Shown here piece by piece: positions 54,576 through 63,845 of a DNA stretch of 64,000 bases (its first letter is position 1; each line of letters starts with the position of its first letter). A model generated the notes under the pieces. That model did no database searches and was not told the DNA's origin. It was given only the letters and a program-made list of their open reading frames with translations. Origin of the DNA: Pseudonocardiaceae bacterium (lineage in GTDB: Bacteria; Actinomycetota; Actinomycetes; Mycobacteriales; Pseudonocardiaceae); contig DATCJU010000094.1 of assembly GCA_036562635.1 (NCBI GenBank), positions 11,758 to 75,757 on the forward strand, written 5' to 3'. A program made the translations under genes and the position numbers.

Positions 54576-55637
54576 TCACAGCAGGCTTGGCGTGACGGTA
54601 GTCCACCCGGCGGTGCGCAGCCGGAGCCGGGTGGCCGCCGGGGTGTTGGTGGCCAGGTAGCGCACCCCCAGTCGACGGCACAACGCCACGTCCTCGGACT
54701 CGTCCACCGTCCAACAGTAGGTGGGATGACCGTGCGCGGCCGCCCGCTGCACGTAACCGGGGTCCTGGCGCAGCAGGTGCACCCCGGGTCCGGCGATGTC
54801 GGCCCACGGTGGCAGTGAGCCGTCCCGGCGGGCCCGGGACAGCCGGTGCAGCAGCAACACGGTGGGCAGCCGCGGCGCGTACCGGCGGACGCGACGCACC
54901 GCGCGGGAGGAGAACGACATGACCACGACCCGCGAGGACTCCCGGTCCTCGGGTTCGGTCAGGCCGTACCGGGCCAGCAGTTCGACCAGCCTGGCCTCCA
55001 CCAGTCCGGCGTACCGGGTGGGGTGTTTGGTCTCCACGAACAACCGCACCGGCCAGCCGACGTCCGTGATCATCCCCAGCAGCTCGTCCAGGGTCAGCAG
55101 GCCCCGGGAGGAGCGGGGTGCCGAGGGGACCGCCTCCGGCTGCAGCACCAGCTCGTCCGCCGAGTCCGGCAGCGGGTCGTGCCAGCGCCCGTAGTCCAGC
55201 TCGGCCAGGCGGTCCAGGGACAGCGCGCTGACCACCCCGCGGCCGCTGGAGGTGCGGTCCACACGACGGTCGTGCAGGCACACCAGGTGACCGTCCCGGG
55301 ACAGCCGGACGTCGCACTCCAGGGCGTCGGCGCCCTGCTCGATGGCCAGGGTGTAGGCGGCACGGGTGTGCTCGGCCCGGTCCGCCGACGCCCCACGGTG
55401 CGCGACCACCTCGGGCAGGCGAGGAGGTTCCCCGGACAGGCCGGACACCGGGGGCGGGGACGACAGCGGTGAGGGGGGCGACCAGGGTTCCAGGAGCCCC
55501 GGGGACAGCGTCGGGAGCGGTGCGGGCTCGGGTGGAGCGGCGGGTTGCACAGCGGGGCATCGTTCCTGACCGCTCCGAGCGGCCGGTGACCGGGGTCTGA
55601 ACTCTCCTCGGCCCCCGGGTGACGACCCGAAGACCAC
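54576..55637 (-). CDS. glycerophosphodiester phosphodiesterase
   Basis: VVAHRGASADRAEHT, ALECDVRLSRDGHLVCLHD (GDPD catalytic motifs). The true start is uncertain: GTG 55448 would remove a Pro-rich 63-aa leader. Confidence 0.8.
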   Translation of the reverse strand: MVFGSSPGGRGEFRPRSPAARSGQERCPAVQPAAPPEPAPLPTLSPGLLEPWSPPSPLSSPPPVSGLSGEPPRLPEVVAHRGASADRAEHTRAAYTLAIEQGADALECDVRLSRDGHLVCLHDRRVDRTSSGRGVVSALSLDRLAELDYGRWHDPLPDSADELVLQPEAVPSAPRSSRGLLTLDELLGMITDVGWPVRLFVETKHPTRYAGLVEARLVELLARYGLTEPEDRESSRVVVMSFSSRAVRRVRRYAPRLPTVLLLHRLSRARRDGSLPPWADIAGPGVHLLRQDPGYVQRAAAHGHPTYCWTVDESEDVALCRRLGVRYLATNTPAATRLRLRTAGWTTVTPSLL

Positions 55638-55733
55638 CCGAACGGAGTAAGAAGCGAAACCTGGTCACATTCCTTCGCGAAATTCACCCGAACGGACTTA
55701 CGTTGAGGACAGTCCTCGGCTCCGGGAGGCTTC

Positions 55734-56930
55734 GTGTCGACTGTTCCGTTCGATCCCAAAGACGAGACGTTCGTCGCCAACCCCTACCCCGTGTTCGCCG
55801 AACTGCGTGCACGCGGGGAAGTGCACTGGCATCCCACCCTCGGCATGGCGATCGCCGTCTCGCACGGCGCCTGCTCCGCCGTGCTGCGCAACCGCCGACT
55901 CGGCCGGATCTGGACCGACGCCCGGCCGCTGGAGCGGTTCACCCACTTCAACCTGCTGCACCGCAACTCCCTGCTGGAGAACGAGCCGCCCACCCACACC
56001 CGGTTGCGTCGGCTGGTCTCCTCCGCGTTCGGCCGCGGCCACGTCGAACGGATGCGCCCCTGGGTGGAGCAGCTGGCACACAAGCTGGTCACCGACCTGG
56101 TCGAACGCATCGACGCCGAGGGACGGGCGGACCTGCTCGAACACGTGGCCGGACCGCTGCCGGTGCAGGTCATCGCGGAGCTGCTCGGGGTGCCGGAGAG
56201 CGACCGCGGCCTGCTCCAGCCCTGGTCGAACGCCATCGTGAAGATGTACGAGTACGGCCTGGACGAGGCACGGCAGGACGCGGCCGAACGAGCCTCCGCG
56301 GAGTTCGTCGCCTACATGCGCGAGCTGGTCGAGCAGCGTCGCCGCACCCCGGGGGACGACCTGATCAGCGACCTGGTCGCGGTCACGGACACCGACGGGG
56401 CCAGGCTTACCGAGGACGAGCTGGTGGCCACCGGGGTGCTGTTGCTGATGGCCGGGCACGAGGCCACGGTGAACCTGGTCGGCAACGGTGTGTTGGCCCT
56501 GCTGCGCAACCCCGACCAGTGGCGGCGGCTGCTCGACGACCGTTCCCTGCTGGACACGGCCGTGGAGGAACTCATCCGCTACGACTCGCCGCTCCAGCTG
56601 TTCGAGCGCACCGCCACCGCGGACGTGGAGATCGCCGGGTACCGGATCCGGGAGGGCGAGAAGATCGCCGCCCTGCTCGGCGCCGCGGCACACGACCCCG
56701 CGGTCTTCGCCGAGCCGGAGCGCCTGGACGTCGGCCGCTTCCCGAACCCGCACCTGGGTTTCGGGGCGGGCATCCACTACTGCCTGGGTGCTCCGCTGGC
56801 CCGGATCGAGGCGCAGGCCGCGCTGGGGGCGCTCGTGGAGCGGCTGCCCGGGCTGAAACTGGCGGACGAGCCGGTGCGCCGGCCCGAGTTCGTCATCCGC
56901 GGTCTGCGTACCCTGCCCGTCACCGCCTGA
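55734..56930 (+). CDS. cytochrome P450
   Basis: Heme-binding loop FGAGIHYCLGAPLA, I-helix LLLMAGHEATV, ExxR (EELIRY). GTG start after GGGAGG. Confidence 0.95.
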   Translation: MSTVPFDPKDETFVANPYPVFAELRARGEVHWHPTLGMAIAVSHGACSAVLRNRRLGRIWTDARPLERFTHFNLLHRNSLLENEPPTHTRLRRLVSSAFGRGHVERMRPWVEQLAHKLVTDLVERIDAEGRADLLEHVAGPLPVQVIAELLGVPESDRGLLQPWSNAIVKMYEYGLDEARQDAAERASAEFVAYMRELVEQRRRTPGDDLISDLVAVTDTDGARLTEDELVATGVLLLMAGHEATVNLVGNGVLALLRNPDQWRRLLDDRSLLDTAVEELIRYDSPLQLFERTATADVEIAGYRIREGEKIAALLGAAAHDPAVFAEPERLDVGRFPNPHLGFGAGIHYCLGAPLARIEAQAALGALVERLPGLKLADEPVRRPEFVIRGLRTLPVTA

Positions 56931-56936
56931 GGGCGG

Positions 56937-57851
56937 TCACCGGGCCGAGTGGGGGTGGGGCGGCCGCAGCACCGGCGGCTCGGCGTCCCGCACCTCCACC
57001 ACGCGTTCCCGGCGCAGGGCCCTCCTGCGCTCCGGGACCAGCAGCTCGGTGATCCGGTCGACGGTCCGCGCGGTGGCCAGGGCCACCGCCACCGCCGACG
57101 CGTCGGTGAGGGCGTGCAGCACCACACCGTCCGCCTCCGCCTGCACGCCCTCACGGAACGACCACAGGAAGGTGACCAGTGCCACCACACCGTTGACCGC
57201 CCACAGCGCCCACCACCACAGCAACGGCCGGGACGGGCTGGGGCGACGGTCCGGCGGCAGCCGCAGCGCGGTGTGCTCCAGCTCGGCCACCACCGCGCCG
57301 GCCAGCACCAGGTTCACCCCCGGGCACAGCACGCCCACCAGTACCTGCCAGTTCGGGCGGGACGGCAGCACCCCGGCCGCGGCGGACGCCTCCTGCCTGG
57401 CCCGCAGCAGCCACAGCACGGTGAACACCGCGGCCGACACCGAGGTGAGCACGGTGACGGTCGCCCCGGCCACCACCAGGGCGTCGGAGATCCACACCCG
57501 GCGGGCCGGCAACGCGCCGTACCGGCTCTGCAGCAACAGGACGTACCGCCACAGCTCGGCGAGCGTCGCCAGTGCGGCGGCCACCGCGGTCAACCGGAGC
57601 AGTGGCACCGCCCGCGCCGCCATGGACTGCGCCGTCACCCCGGTCACCGCCGTCCGGCCACGGAACGGGAGGGGGGATCCGGGCAGGGCCACCGAGCGAC
57701 GCCACGTCACCGGCGGGAAGCCCCAGCGGGGCACCGCCGGGTAGGACGGGGGTCCGCTGTAGGTCGGGGGCTGCGACGGTCGCTGCGGGCGTGCGGGAAC
57801 GGGTGGAGTGGCCACCCACTCCACCGGTGTCATCGGCCCCGGCCGCGCCAT
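56937..57851 (-). CDS. DUF4328 domain-containing membrane protein
   Basis: Pro-rich N-terminus with YSGPPSYPAVPRWGFP followed by about five TM helices. ATG 57851 (GGGGGA upstream) avoids overlap with the rhodanese gene. Confidence 0.6.
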   Translation of the reverse strand: MARPGPMTPVEWVATPPVPARPQRPSQPPTYSGPPSYPAVPRWGFPPVTWRRSVALPGSPLPFRGRTAVTGVTAQSMAARAVPLLRLTAVAAALATLAELWRYVLLLQSRYGALPARRVWISDALVVAGATVTVLTSVSAAVFTVLWLLRARQEASAAAGVLPSRPNWQVLVGVLCPGVNLVLAGAVVAELEHTALRLPPDRRPSPSRPLLWWWALWAVNGVVALVTFLWSFREGVQAEADGVVLHALTDASAVAVALATARTVDRITELLVPERRRALRRERVVEVRDAEPPVLRPPHPHSAR

Positions 57852-57864
57852 GCCGTCCCCCGGA

Positions 57865-58209
57865 TCAGATGATCTGCGGCTCCACACCCGGCTGGTCGGT
57901 CACCACCGGACGCCCGGCGGCCGCCCAGGACAACATGCCCCCGGCCACGTTGATCGCGTCCCAGCCGTTGACGTTGAGGAACGCGGTGACCCGGGCGGAG
58001 CGGCCGCCGCTGCGGCACACCACGTACACCTCGCCGTCCTCGGGCAGCTCGTCCAGGCGCTCGGCGAGCTCACCCATCGGGATGTGCACCGCACCGGGAG
58101 CGTGTCCGGCGTCCCACTCGTCCTGCTCGCGCACGTCGAGCAGGACCGCGCCGGACGGGAGCTCGGCGGGCAGTTCGGTGACCTCGACCGCGGGAACCTG
58201 CTGGGGCAT
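57865..58209 (-). CDS. rhodanese-like domain protein
   Basis: LLDVREQDEWDAGHAPGAVHIP and active-site loop YVVCRSGGRSARV. ATG 58209. Confidence 0.88.
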   Translation of the reverse strand: MPQQVPAVEVTELPAELPSGAVLLDVREQDEWDAGHAPGAVHIPMGELAERLDELPEDGEVYVVCRSGGRSARVTAFLNVNGWDAINVAGGMLSWAAAGRPVVTDQPGVEPQII

Positions 58210-58417
58210 CACAACCACGATGCTGCCACGCCGGACGTAGCGGTACCGTGAGGAGGCGGTCCCGTCCGAGCCGGCCGCGCGGAGGCGAGTCGTGTACCGC
58301 GTGGCACCGTGGTACCCACTGGGGGCGCTCCCGCTCGCGCGCGTACGCATCAAGCACGGGAAAAGTTGCATCTCCAACTGGTCAACTTTTCTCCCCGCCC
58401 GGCCCCTTCAACAGGGT

Positions 58418-59275
58418 GTGCGGACCAGCAGATCACTTCTCCTGGGAATGATGCTCGGGGCCGCCTGCGCGATGTGCCTGGTCCTGGCGTCGGGTGTGCC
58501 CCGGCCCCTGGCCACGGCGATGTCCACCACGTCGCACACGCTGACGACCACGCAGGCGGGATCCAACGAGCTGGTCACCGAGGCGGGGGCGGCGGCCGAG
58601 GGTGCCCTGCTCGGGATCATGGTGTTCGACCGGCAGACCGACCAGGTCGTCCTGGAACACGACGCGGACCGCCGCTTCACCACGGCCTCCCTGGTCAAGG
58701 TGCTCATCGCCCTGGACTGGATGCAGCAGATCGCCGGGGGCGGAAGGCCGTCCGCCGCCGAGACCAGGCAGATCAAGCAGATGCTCTCGTCCAGCGACGA
58801 CCCCACGGCCAGCGAGCTGTGGATGGCCGCCGGCGGTCCCGGCATCGTCACACGGGCGATCAACCGCATGGGCCTGGAGCACACCGAGCCGCCCGCGGAA
58901 CCGGGCCGCTGGGGAGACACCCTGATCAGCGCGGCGGACATGGTGCGGGTCTACCGGTACCTGATGGAGGAGGCCCCGGCCGCGCACCGGGAGATCGTGC
59001 TGGACGCCCTGCGGAACATGACCCCGCGGGGGTCGGACGGGTACGACCAGACCTTCGGCATCCCGGACGCGGCCGGCAACCGACCGTGGGCGGTCAAACA
59101 GGGCTGGTCCTGCTGCATCGACTACCTGATCAGGCACACCTCGGGCCTGGTGGGTCCGGACGACCGGTACATCGTGGTGGTGCTCACCGCACACAGCCTG
59201 TCCACACCCAAGGCGGTGGCGGACGACCGGACCACCGCGGTCACCGCCGCGGTGCTGCGGGCCCTGGAGCCCTGA
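58418..59275 (+). CDS. secreted serine hydrolase (class A beta-lactamase-like fold)
   Basis: Signal peptide. SxxK motif in FTTASLVKVLIAL. The start (GTG 58418 or ATG 58448) is uncertain. Confidence 0.6.
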   Translation: MRTSRSLLLGMMLGAACAMCLVLASGVPRPLATAMSTTSHTLTTTQAGSNELVTEAGAAAEGALLGIMVFDRQTDQVVLEHDADRRFTTASLVKVLIALDWMQQIAGGGRPSAAETRQIKQMLSSSDDPTASELWMAAGGPGIVTRAINRMGLEHTEPPAEPGRWGDTLISAADMVRVYRYLMEEAPAAHREIVLDALRNMTPRGSDGYDQTFGIPDAAGNRPWAVKQGWSCCIDYLIRHTSGLVGPDDRYIVVVLTAHSLSTPKAVADDRTTAVTAAVLRALEP

Positions 59276-59356
59276 AACGGCCGGGCCCGCCGGGAGGTCC
59301 CGACGGGCCCGGTGGGCGAGGGAATCGACGGAGCAGGCTGGCTCGGTGCGGCCGGG

Positions 59357-60994
59357 TCAGTGCGACACGGCCTTCTCCGCACCGACACCGGTGAGCGAAC
59401 GCACCTCCATCTCGGCGTACTTGGCCTCGTCCGCCCGGTCCCGGGACAGCACGGTGCCCAGGTAGCCGAGCAGGAACGAGAGCGGGATCGACACGATGCC
59501 CGGGTTGGACAGCGGGAACAGGTCGAAGTCCGCGTTGGGGAACATCGACGTGCTCTTGCCGGACACCGCGGGCGAGAACACGATGAGCAGCACCGTGGTC
59601 GCCAGGCCGCCGTAGATGCTCCACAGCGCGCCGATGGTGTTGAACCGCTTCCAGAACAGCGAGTACAGGATGGTCGGCAGGTTGGCCGAGGCGGCCACCG
59701 CGAACGCCAACGCGACCAGGAACGCGATGTTCTGCCCGTTGGCCACGATGCCGCCCAGGATCGACACCAGACCGATCACCACCGCGGTGATCCGGGCGAC
59801 CCGGACCTCCTGCTGCTTGTCGTCGGCCGCGCCGCCCTTGATCACGTTGGCGTAGATGTCGTGCGCGAACGACGCCGACGCGGTGATGGTCAGACCGGCG
59901 ACCACCGCCAGGATGGTGGCGAAGGCGACCGCGGCGATGAAGCCCAGCAGCAGCGGACCACCCAGCTCCGCCGCGAGCAACGGCGCCGCCGAGTTCTGCC
60001 CACCGGGTGCCTCGGAGATCTTCTCCGAGCCGACCAACGCCGCAGCCCCGTAGCCGAGCACCAGGGTGAACAGGTAGAACATGCCGATCAACCAGATCGC
60101 CCACACCACCGAGCGGCGCGCCTCCTTGGCCGTCGGCACGGTGTAGAAGCGCATCAGGATGTGCGGCAGGCCCGCCGTACCCAGGACCAGTGCCAGGGAC
60201 AGCGACAGGAAGTCGAGCTTGCTCATGTCGCTGATGCCGTACTGTTTGCCCGGGTTGAGCACCGCCTCACCCGCCGGGCTGCGTTCCACGGCGGCACCGA
60301 GCAGACCGGACAGGTTCAGCCCGAACTTGCCCAGCACCCACAGCGTCATGACCGCCGCGCCGCTGATCAGCAGCACCGCCTTGATGATCTGCACCCAGGT
60401 GGTGCCCTTCATGCCACCGACCAGCACGTAGAGGATCATCAGCAGACCGACCACGCTGATCACCAGCGCCTGCCCGGTCTTGCTGGTGATGCCCAGCAGC
60501 AGGGCGACCAGGCCACCGGCGCCGGCCATCTGGGCCAGCAGGTAGAAGAACGACACCGCGAGGGTGGAGGTGGCCGCCGCCGTCCGGACCGGTTTCTGGC
60601 GCATCCGGAAGCTGAGGACGTCGGCCATGGTGTACCGGCCGGTGTTGCGCAGCAGCTCGGCGACCAGCAGCAACGCCACCAACCAGGCCACCAGGAAGCC
60701 GATGGAGTAGAGGAAACCGTCGTACCCGTTGACCGCGATGGCCCCGGCGATGCCGAGGAACGACGCGGCGGACAGGTAGTCCCCGGAGATGGCGATGCCG
60801 TTCTGGGGTCCGGTGAAGGCACGGCCGGCCGCGTAGTAGTCGGTGGCGGTCCGGGTGTTCTTGCTGGCCCGGAACACCACGACCAGGGTGATCAGCACGA
60901 AGAGGGCGAAGATGCCGAGGTTGAGCGCCGGGTTGCCGCCGACGACGTCCCCCTCGGCGAGGACGATCGTGCCGTTGGAGCTCGCCGTGGTCAC
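59357..60994 (-). CDS. actP: cation/acetate symporter (SSS family, ActP/MctC-like)
   Basis: 545 aa, 13-14 TM. YYAAGRAFTGPQNGIAISGDYLSAASFLGIAG and GLPHILMRFYTV are ActP hallmarks. Preceded by a DUF485 gene. Confidence 0.9.
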   Translation of the reverse strand: MTTASSNGTIVLAEGDVVGGNPALNLGIFALFVLITLVVVFRASKNTRTATDYYAAGRAFTGPQNGIAISGDYLSAASFLGIAGAIAVNGYDGFLYSIGFLVAWLVALLLVAELLRNTGRYTMADVLSFRMRQKPVRTAAATSTLAVSFFYLLAQMAGAGGLVALLLGITSKTGQALVISVVGLLMILYVLVGGMKGTTWVQIIKAVLLISGAAVMTLWVLGKFGLNLSGLLGAAVERSPAGEAVLNPGKQYGISDMSKLDFLSLSLALVLGTAGLPHILMRFYTVPTAKEARRSVVWAIWLIGMFYLFTLVLGYGAAALVGSEKISEAPGGQNSAAPLLAAELGGPLLLGFIAAVAFATILAVVAGLTITASASFAHDIYANVIKGGAADDKQQEVRVARITAVVIGLVSILGGIVANGQNIAFLVALAFAVAASANLPTILYSLFWKRFNTIGALWSIYGGLATTVLLIVFSPAVSGKSTSMFPNADFDLFPLSNPGIVSIPLSFLLGYLGTVLSRDRADEAKYAEMEVRSLTGVGAEKAVSH

Positions 60995-61341
60995 TGGTTG
61001 CCTCCCTCGACACGGTGGCGGATCTCGTCGGCGATGGGGTCCAGGTTCCGGTTGGCGTGCCGCACGTACAGCGTGGTGATGACGAAGGTGGAGACGAACT
61101 GCAGCAGGCCGAAGACCAGGCCGATGTTGATGTTCCCGACCAGCTTGGTGCTCATGAAACCGGGCGCGTAGTCGGCCAGGAGCACGTACAGCAGGTACCA
61201 GGCCAGGAACACCCCGGTCATCGGGAAGACGAAACGCCGAAGACGACGACGCAGCTCGGCGAACTCAGGACTGGCCTGGATCTCCTGCCAGGCCGCCGCC
61301 TCGGGTGGGCCTTCCTCGGTGGGGCGCTCGGTGGTGCTCAC
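60991..61341 (-). CDS. DUF485 domain membrane protein (YjcH-like)
   Basis: 116 aa, two TM, SPEFAELRRRLRRFVFPMT motif. Its stop overlaps the actP start. Confidence 0.85.
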   Translation of the reverse strand: MSTTERPTEEGPPEAAAWQEIQASPEFAELRRRLRRFVFPMTGVFLAWYLLYVLLADYAPGFMSTKLVGNINIGLVFGLLQFVSTFVITTLYVRHANRNLDPIADEIRHRVEGGNQ

Positions 61342-61401
61342 GGGACCCTCCCTTCAGCACAGATGCTTGCGGCGGACGTTAAAGAGATCTGCGTCACGCT
61401 G

Positions 61402-61428
61402 GTAAGTCACCAAAAGGAGTAAGTCACC
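61402..61428. promoter_or_regulatory. direct repeat GTAAGTCACC-N7-GTAAGTCACC in the DUF485-actP promoter region
   Basis: Two perfect 10-mers (61402..61411 and 61419..61428), 61-87 nt upstream of the DUF485 start. Flanked by CAAAAGG / CCTTTTG. A LytTR regulator gene lies upstream in the same gene string. Confidence 0.4.
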
Positions 61429-61609
61429 ACCCTTTTGGGTGAAACAGCGTCGTCCCCACGCAGAGCACCCGACTTTCCGCTGGACACCGCACCAGCTCGT
61501 CGGAGTGGCCAACGCGCCCGCGCCCCACGCCCCGAAGCGCTTCCCGCGGAACCACCCGAAAGAATTAACCCGTTCGTGCGAGCAGTCGCACCGGCGAACC
61601 CGGCACCGC

Positions 61610-63400
61610 TCAGCACGACCTCCTGGTCCCACCCCGCCCGGGGCGTTCTCCTTCCTCCGAACCCCCGAACCGCTGCACGTCACGGTCCTGGGTCAGCCCC
61701 AACCGGTCCGGGGCGTGCATCCGCACCATGCTCCGCCCCACGTCGGCCGGGACCTGGTGCCGGGTCAACCGGCTCACCAGCCACATGACCGCGAAGGCGA
61801 GCGGGGTGGTCACCACGGCCGGCTGGACCAGCAGCGGGCTCACCCACTCCCCGGTGAACCCCGACACCACCACCGTCACCAGGGCCACGAGAGTGAGCCC
61901 GCCCCCGGCCAGCATCCCGGCCACCGCCCCCGCCGGCGTCAACCCGCGCCACCAGATCCCCAGCACCAGCAGCGGGCAGAACGTGGACGCGGACAGGGCG
62001 AGCGCCAGCCCCACCGCCTGGAACGAGTTCAGGCCGAACGCCGCGAACGCCCCGACCAGCGCCATCGCCCCCGACACCAGGGTGGCCAGCCGGAAGTCCT
62101 GCACCTTCCCGGACAACACGTCCGTGGACAGCACGCCGGCCATGCTCACCGTCAGCCCGGCCGCCACCGACAGGAAGGCGGTGAAGGCCCCCGCGGCGAG
62201 CAACGCGGCCGACACCCGTCCCACCCAGTTGTCCAGCATCTCCGTCGGCAGCAGGAGCACCGCCGCGTCGGTGTGACCGGTCACCAGCAGCTGTGGCGTG
62301 TACAGACGGGACAGCGCGCCGAGCAGCGCCGGGAACAGGAAGAACAACCCGAGGTACCCCAGGGCGTACAGGGTGGTCCACCGGGCGGACCGCCCGTCCG
62401 GATTGGTGTAGAACCGGACCAGCACGTGCGGCAGCCCCATGGCACCCAGGAACGCCGCGAAGATGGTCGAGTAGATCTCGAGCAACGACGCCCCGTCCGG
62501 CCCCGTCTGCGGACGCAGCCAGCTCGCGTTGTCCGCGGCCGCACCGACCACCACCGGCACCGCCGCCCCGGCCGGGAAACGCAGCTCGGCGCCGGAGGCG
62601 ACCTGGTGCACACCGGGCCCCCAGTACACCGCACCGTCGACGGGATGCCCGTCCACCGTTCCCCGCGCCTGCAACAGCACCGGCTCGACGACCTGCACCC
62701 TGACCTCGAACCGCACGTCGACCGTGGTCTCGACGGGGAAGTTCGGCGGAACCGGTTCGGACAGCGGCCGGTGCTGCCGGTCGGTGTCCATCAGGAACGC
62801 CACGAGCAGCACCGCCGCCGGGACCGCCATCGCGACGAACTTGAGCCAGTACTGCGCGACCTGCACCGTGGTGACGGCCCGCATGCCCCCGGCGAGCACC
62901 GTGACCACGACCACCACCGTCACCAGCACCGCGCCGACCCAGATGGGCATACCGCTCACCGCGGCCAGGGTCAGCCCGGCCCCCTGGAGCTGCGGCACCA
63001 GGTAGATCCAGCAGGTCAGCACCACGAACACGGTCACCATGCGGCGCAACCGCACCGAACCGAGCCGTGCCTCGGCGAAGTCGGGCAGGGTGTAGGCCCC
63101 GGAACGGCGCAACGGCGCGACCACCAGGAGCAGCAGCACGAGATGGCCGGCGACCAGACCGACCGGGTACCACAGCCCGTCCACCCCGTCCCGGAGCACC
63201 GCCCCGGCTATGCCGAGGAAGGACGCGGCGGACAGGTAGAGCCCGGCGACCGCGATCGCGTTGTTGCGCACGGTGACCACGCGTCCGGCCACGAGGAAGT
63301 CGGAGGTGGTCTTGGCCCGACGGGAGCCCCGCAGTCCCAGGACGAACGTGAGCACGATGACCGCGGCGACCGCAACCAATGGCCAGGGATTCAGGCTCAT
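61610..63400 (-). CDS. SSS family sodium:solute symporter (second ActP/MctC-like paralogue, with a large extra loop)
   Basis: DFLVAGRVVTVRNNAIAVAGLYLSAASFLGIAG and GLPHVLVRFYTN. ATG 63400. An insertion of about 100 aa relative to the neighbouring ActP. Confidence 0.85.
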   Translation of the reverse strand: MSLNPWPLVAVAAVIVLTFVLGLRGSRRAKTTSDFLVAGRVVTVRNNAIAVAGLYLSAASFLGIAGAVLRDGVDGLWYPVGLVAGHLVLLLLVVAPLRRSGAYTLPDFAEARLGSVRLRRMVTVFVVLTCWIYLVPQLQGAGLTLAAVSGMPIWVGAVLVTVVVVVTVLAGGMRAVTTVQVAQYWLKFVAMAVPAAVLLVAFLMDTDRQHRPLSEPVPPNFPVETTVDVRFEVRVQVVEPVLLQARGTVDGHPVDGAVYWGPGVHQVASGAELRFPAGAAVPVVVGAAADNASWLRPQTGPDGASLLEIYSTIFAAFLGAMGLPHVLVRFYTNPDGRSARWTTLYALGYLGLFFLFPALLGALSRLYTPQLLVTGHTDAAVLLLPTEMLDNWVGRVSAALLAAGAFTAFLSVAAGLTVSMAGVLSTDVLSGKVQDFRLATLVSGAMALVGAFAAFGLNSFQAVGLALALSASTFCPLLVLGIWWRGLTPAGAVAGMLAGGGLTLVALVTVVVSGFTGEWVSPLLVQPAVVTTPLAFAVMWLVSRLTRHQVPADVGRSMVRMHAPDRLGLTQDRDVQRFGGSEEGERPGRGGTRRSC

Positions 63401-63416
63401 CGGCGCACTCCCACGG

Positions 63417-63845
63417 TCAGTCCCCCACCGACCTGGTGAAGTCCCGCTCGTTGCGTTCGGCACGCCGGACGTACAGCACACCCACCGCGTACAGCGCGGG
63501 ATAGGCCAGGGCACCGAGCAGCACCCAGGGCAGTCGGACCCCCGCGATGGCGTGGTCGGACAGTTCGGGCACCAGCTCGAACAACGCCGGCACCGCGCAC
63601 AGCACGCCGAGCACCCCGGCCGCGCTCCCCAGCGCCAGCCGCCGCTGCCGCCGGATCAGGTCCCGGATCCGCGCCTCGTCGACCGGTGCCGGCTCCTCGA
63701 CCGGGGTCGCGGCCCGCGGCACCATACGGACCCGACTGCGTTCGGCGAGCACCACCCGGACCCGGCGCGGCCGACGTACCGTGGTCTCCTGCGATGCACC
63801 CCAGGTCGGGGTCACGCCACTGCCGGTGTCCACCTCGCTGCTCAT
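63417..63845 (-). CDS. two-TM small membrane protein (DUF485-like accessory subunit)
   Basis: 142 aa. Charged N-terminus, then two TM helices (LALGSAAGVLGVLCAVPALF; LPWVLLGALAYPALYAVGVLYV). Same position relative to its symporter as DUF485 has to ActP. Confidence 0.6.
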   Translation of the reverse strand: MSSEVDTGSGVTPTWGASQETTVRRPRRVRVVLAERSRVRMVPRAATPVEEPAPVDEARIRDLIRRQRRLALGSAAGVLGVLCAVPALFELVPELSDHAIAGVRLPWVLLGALAYPALYAVGVLYVRRAERNERDFTRSVGD

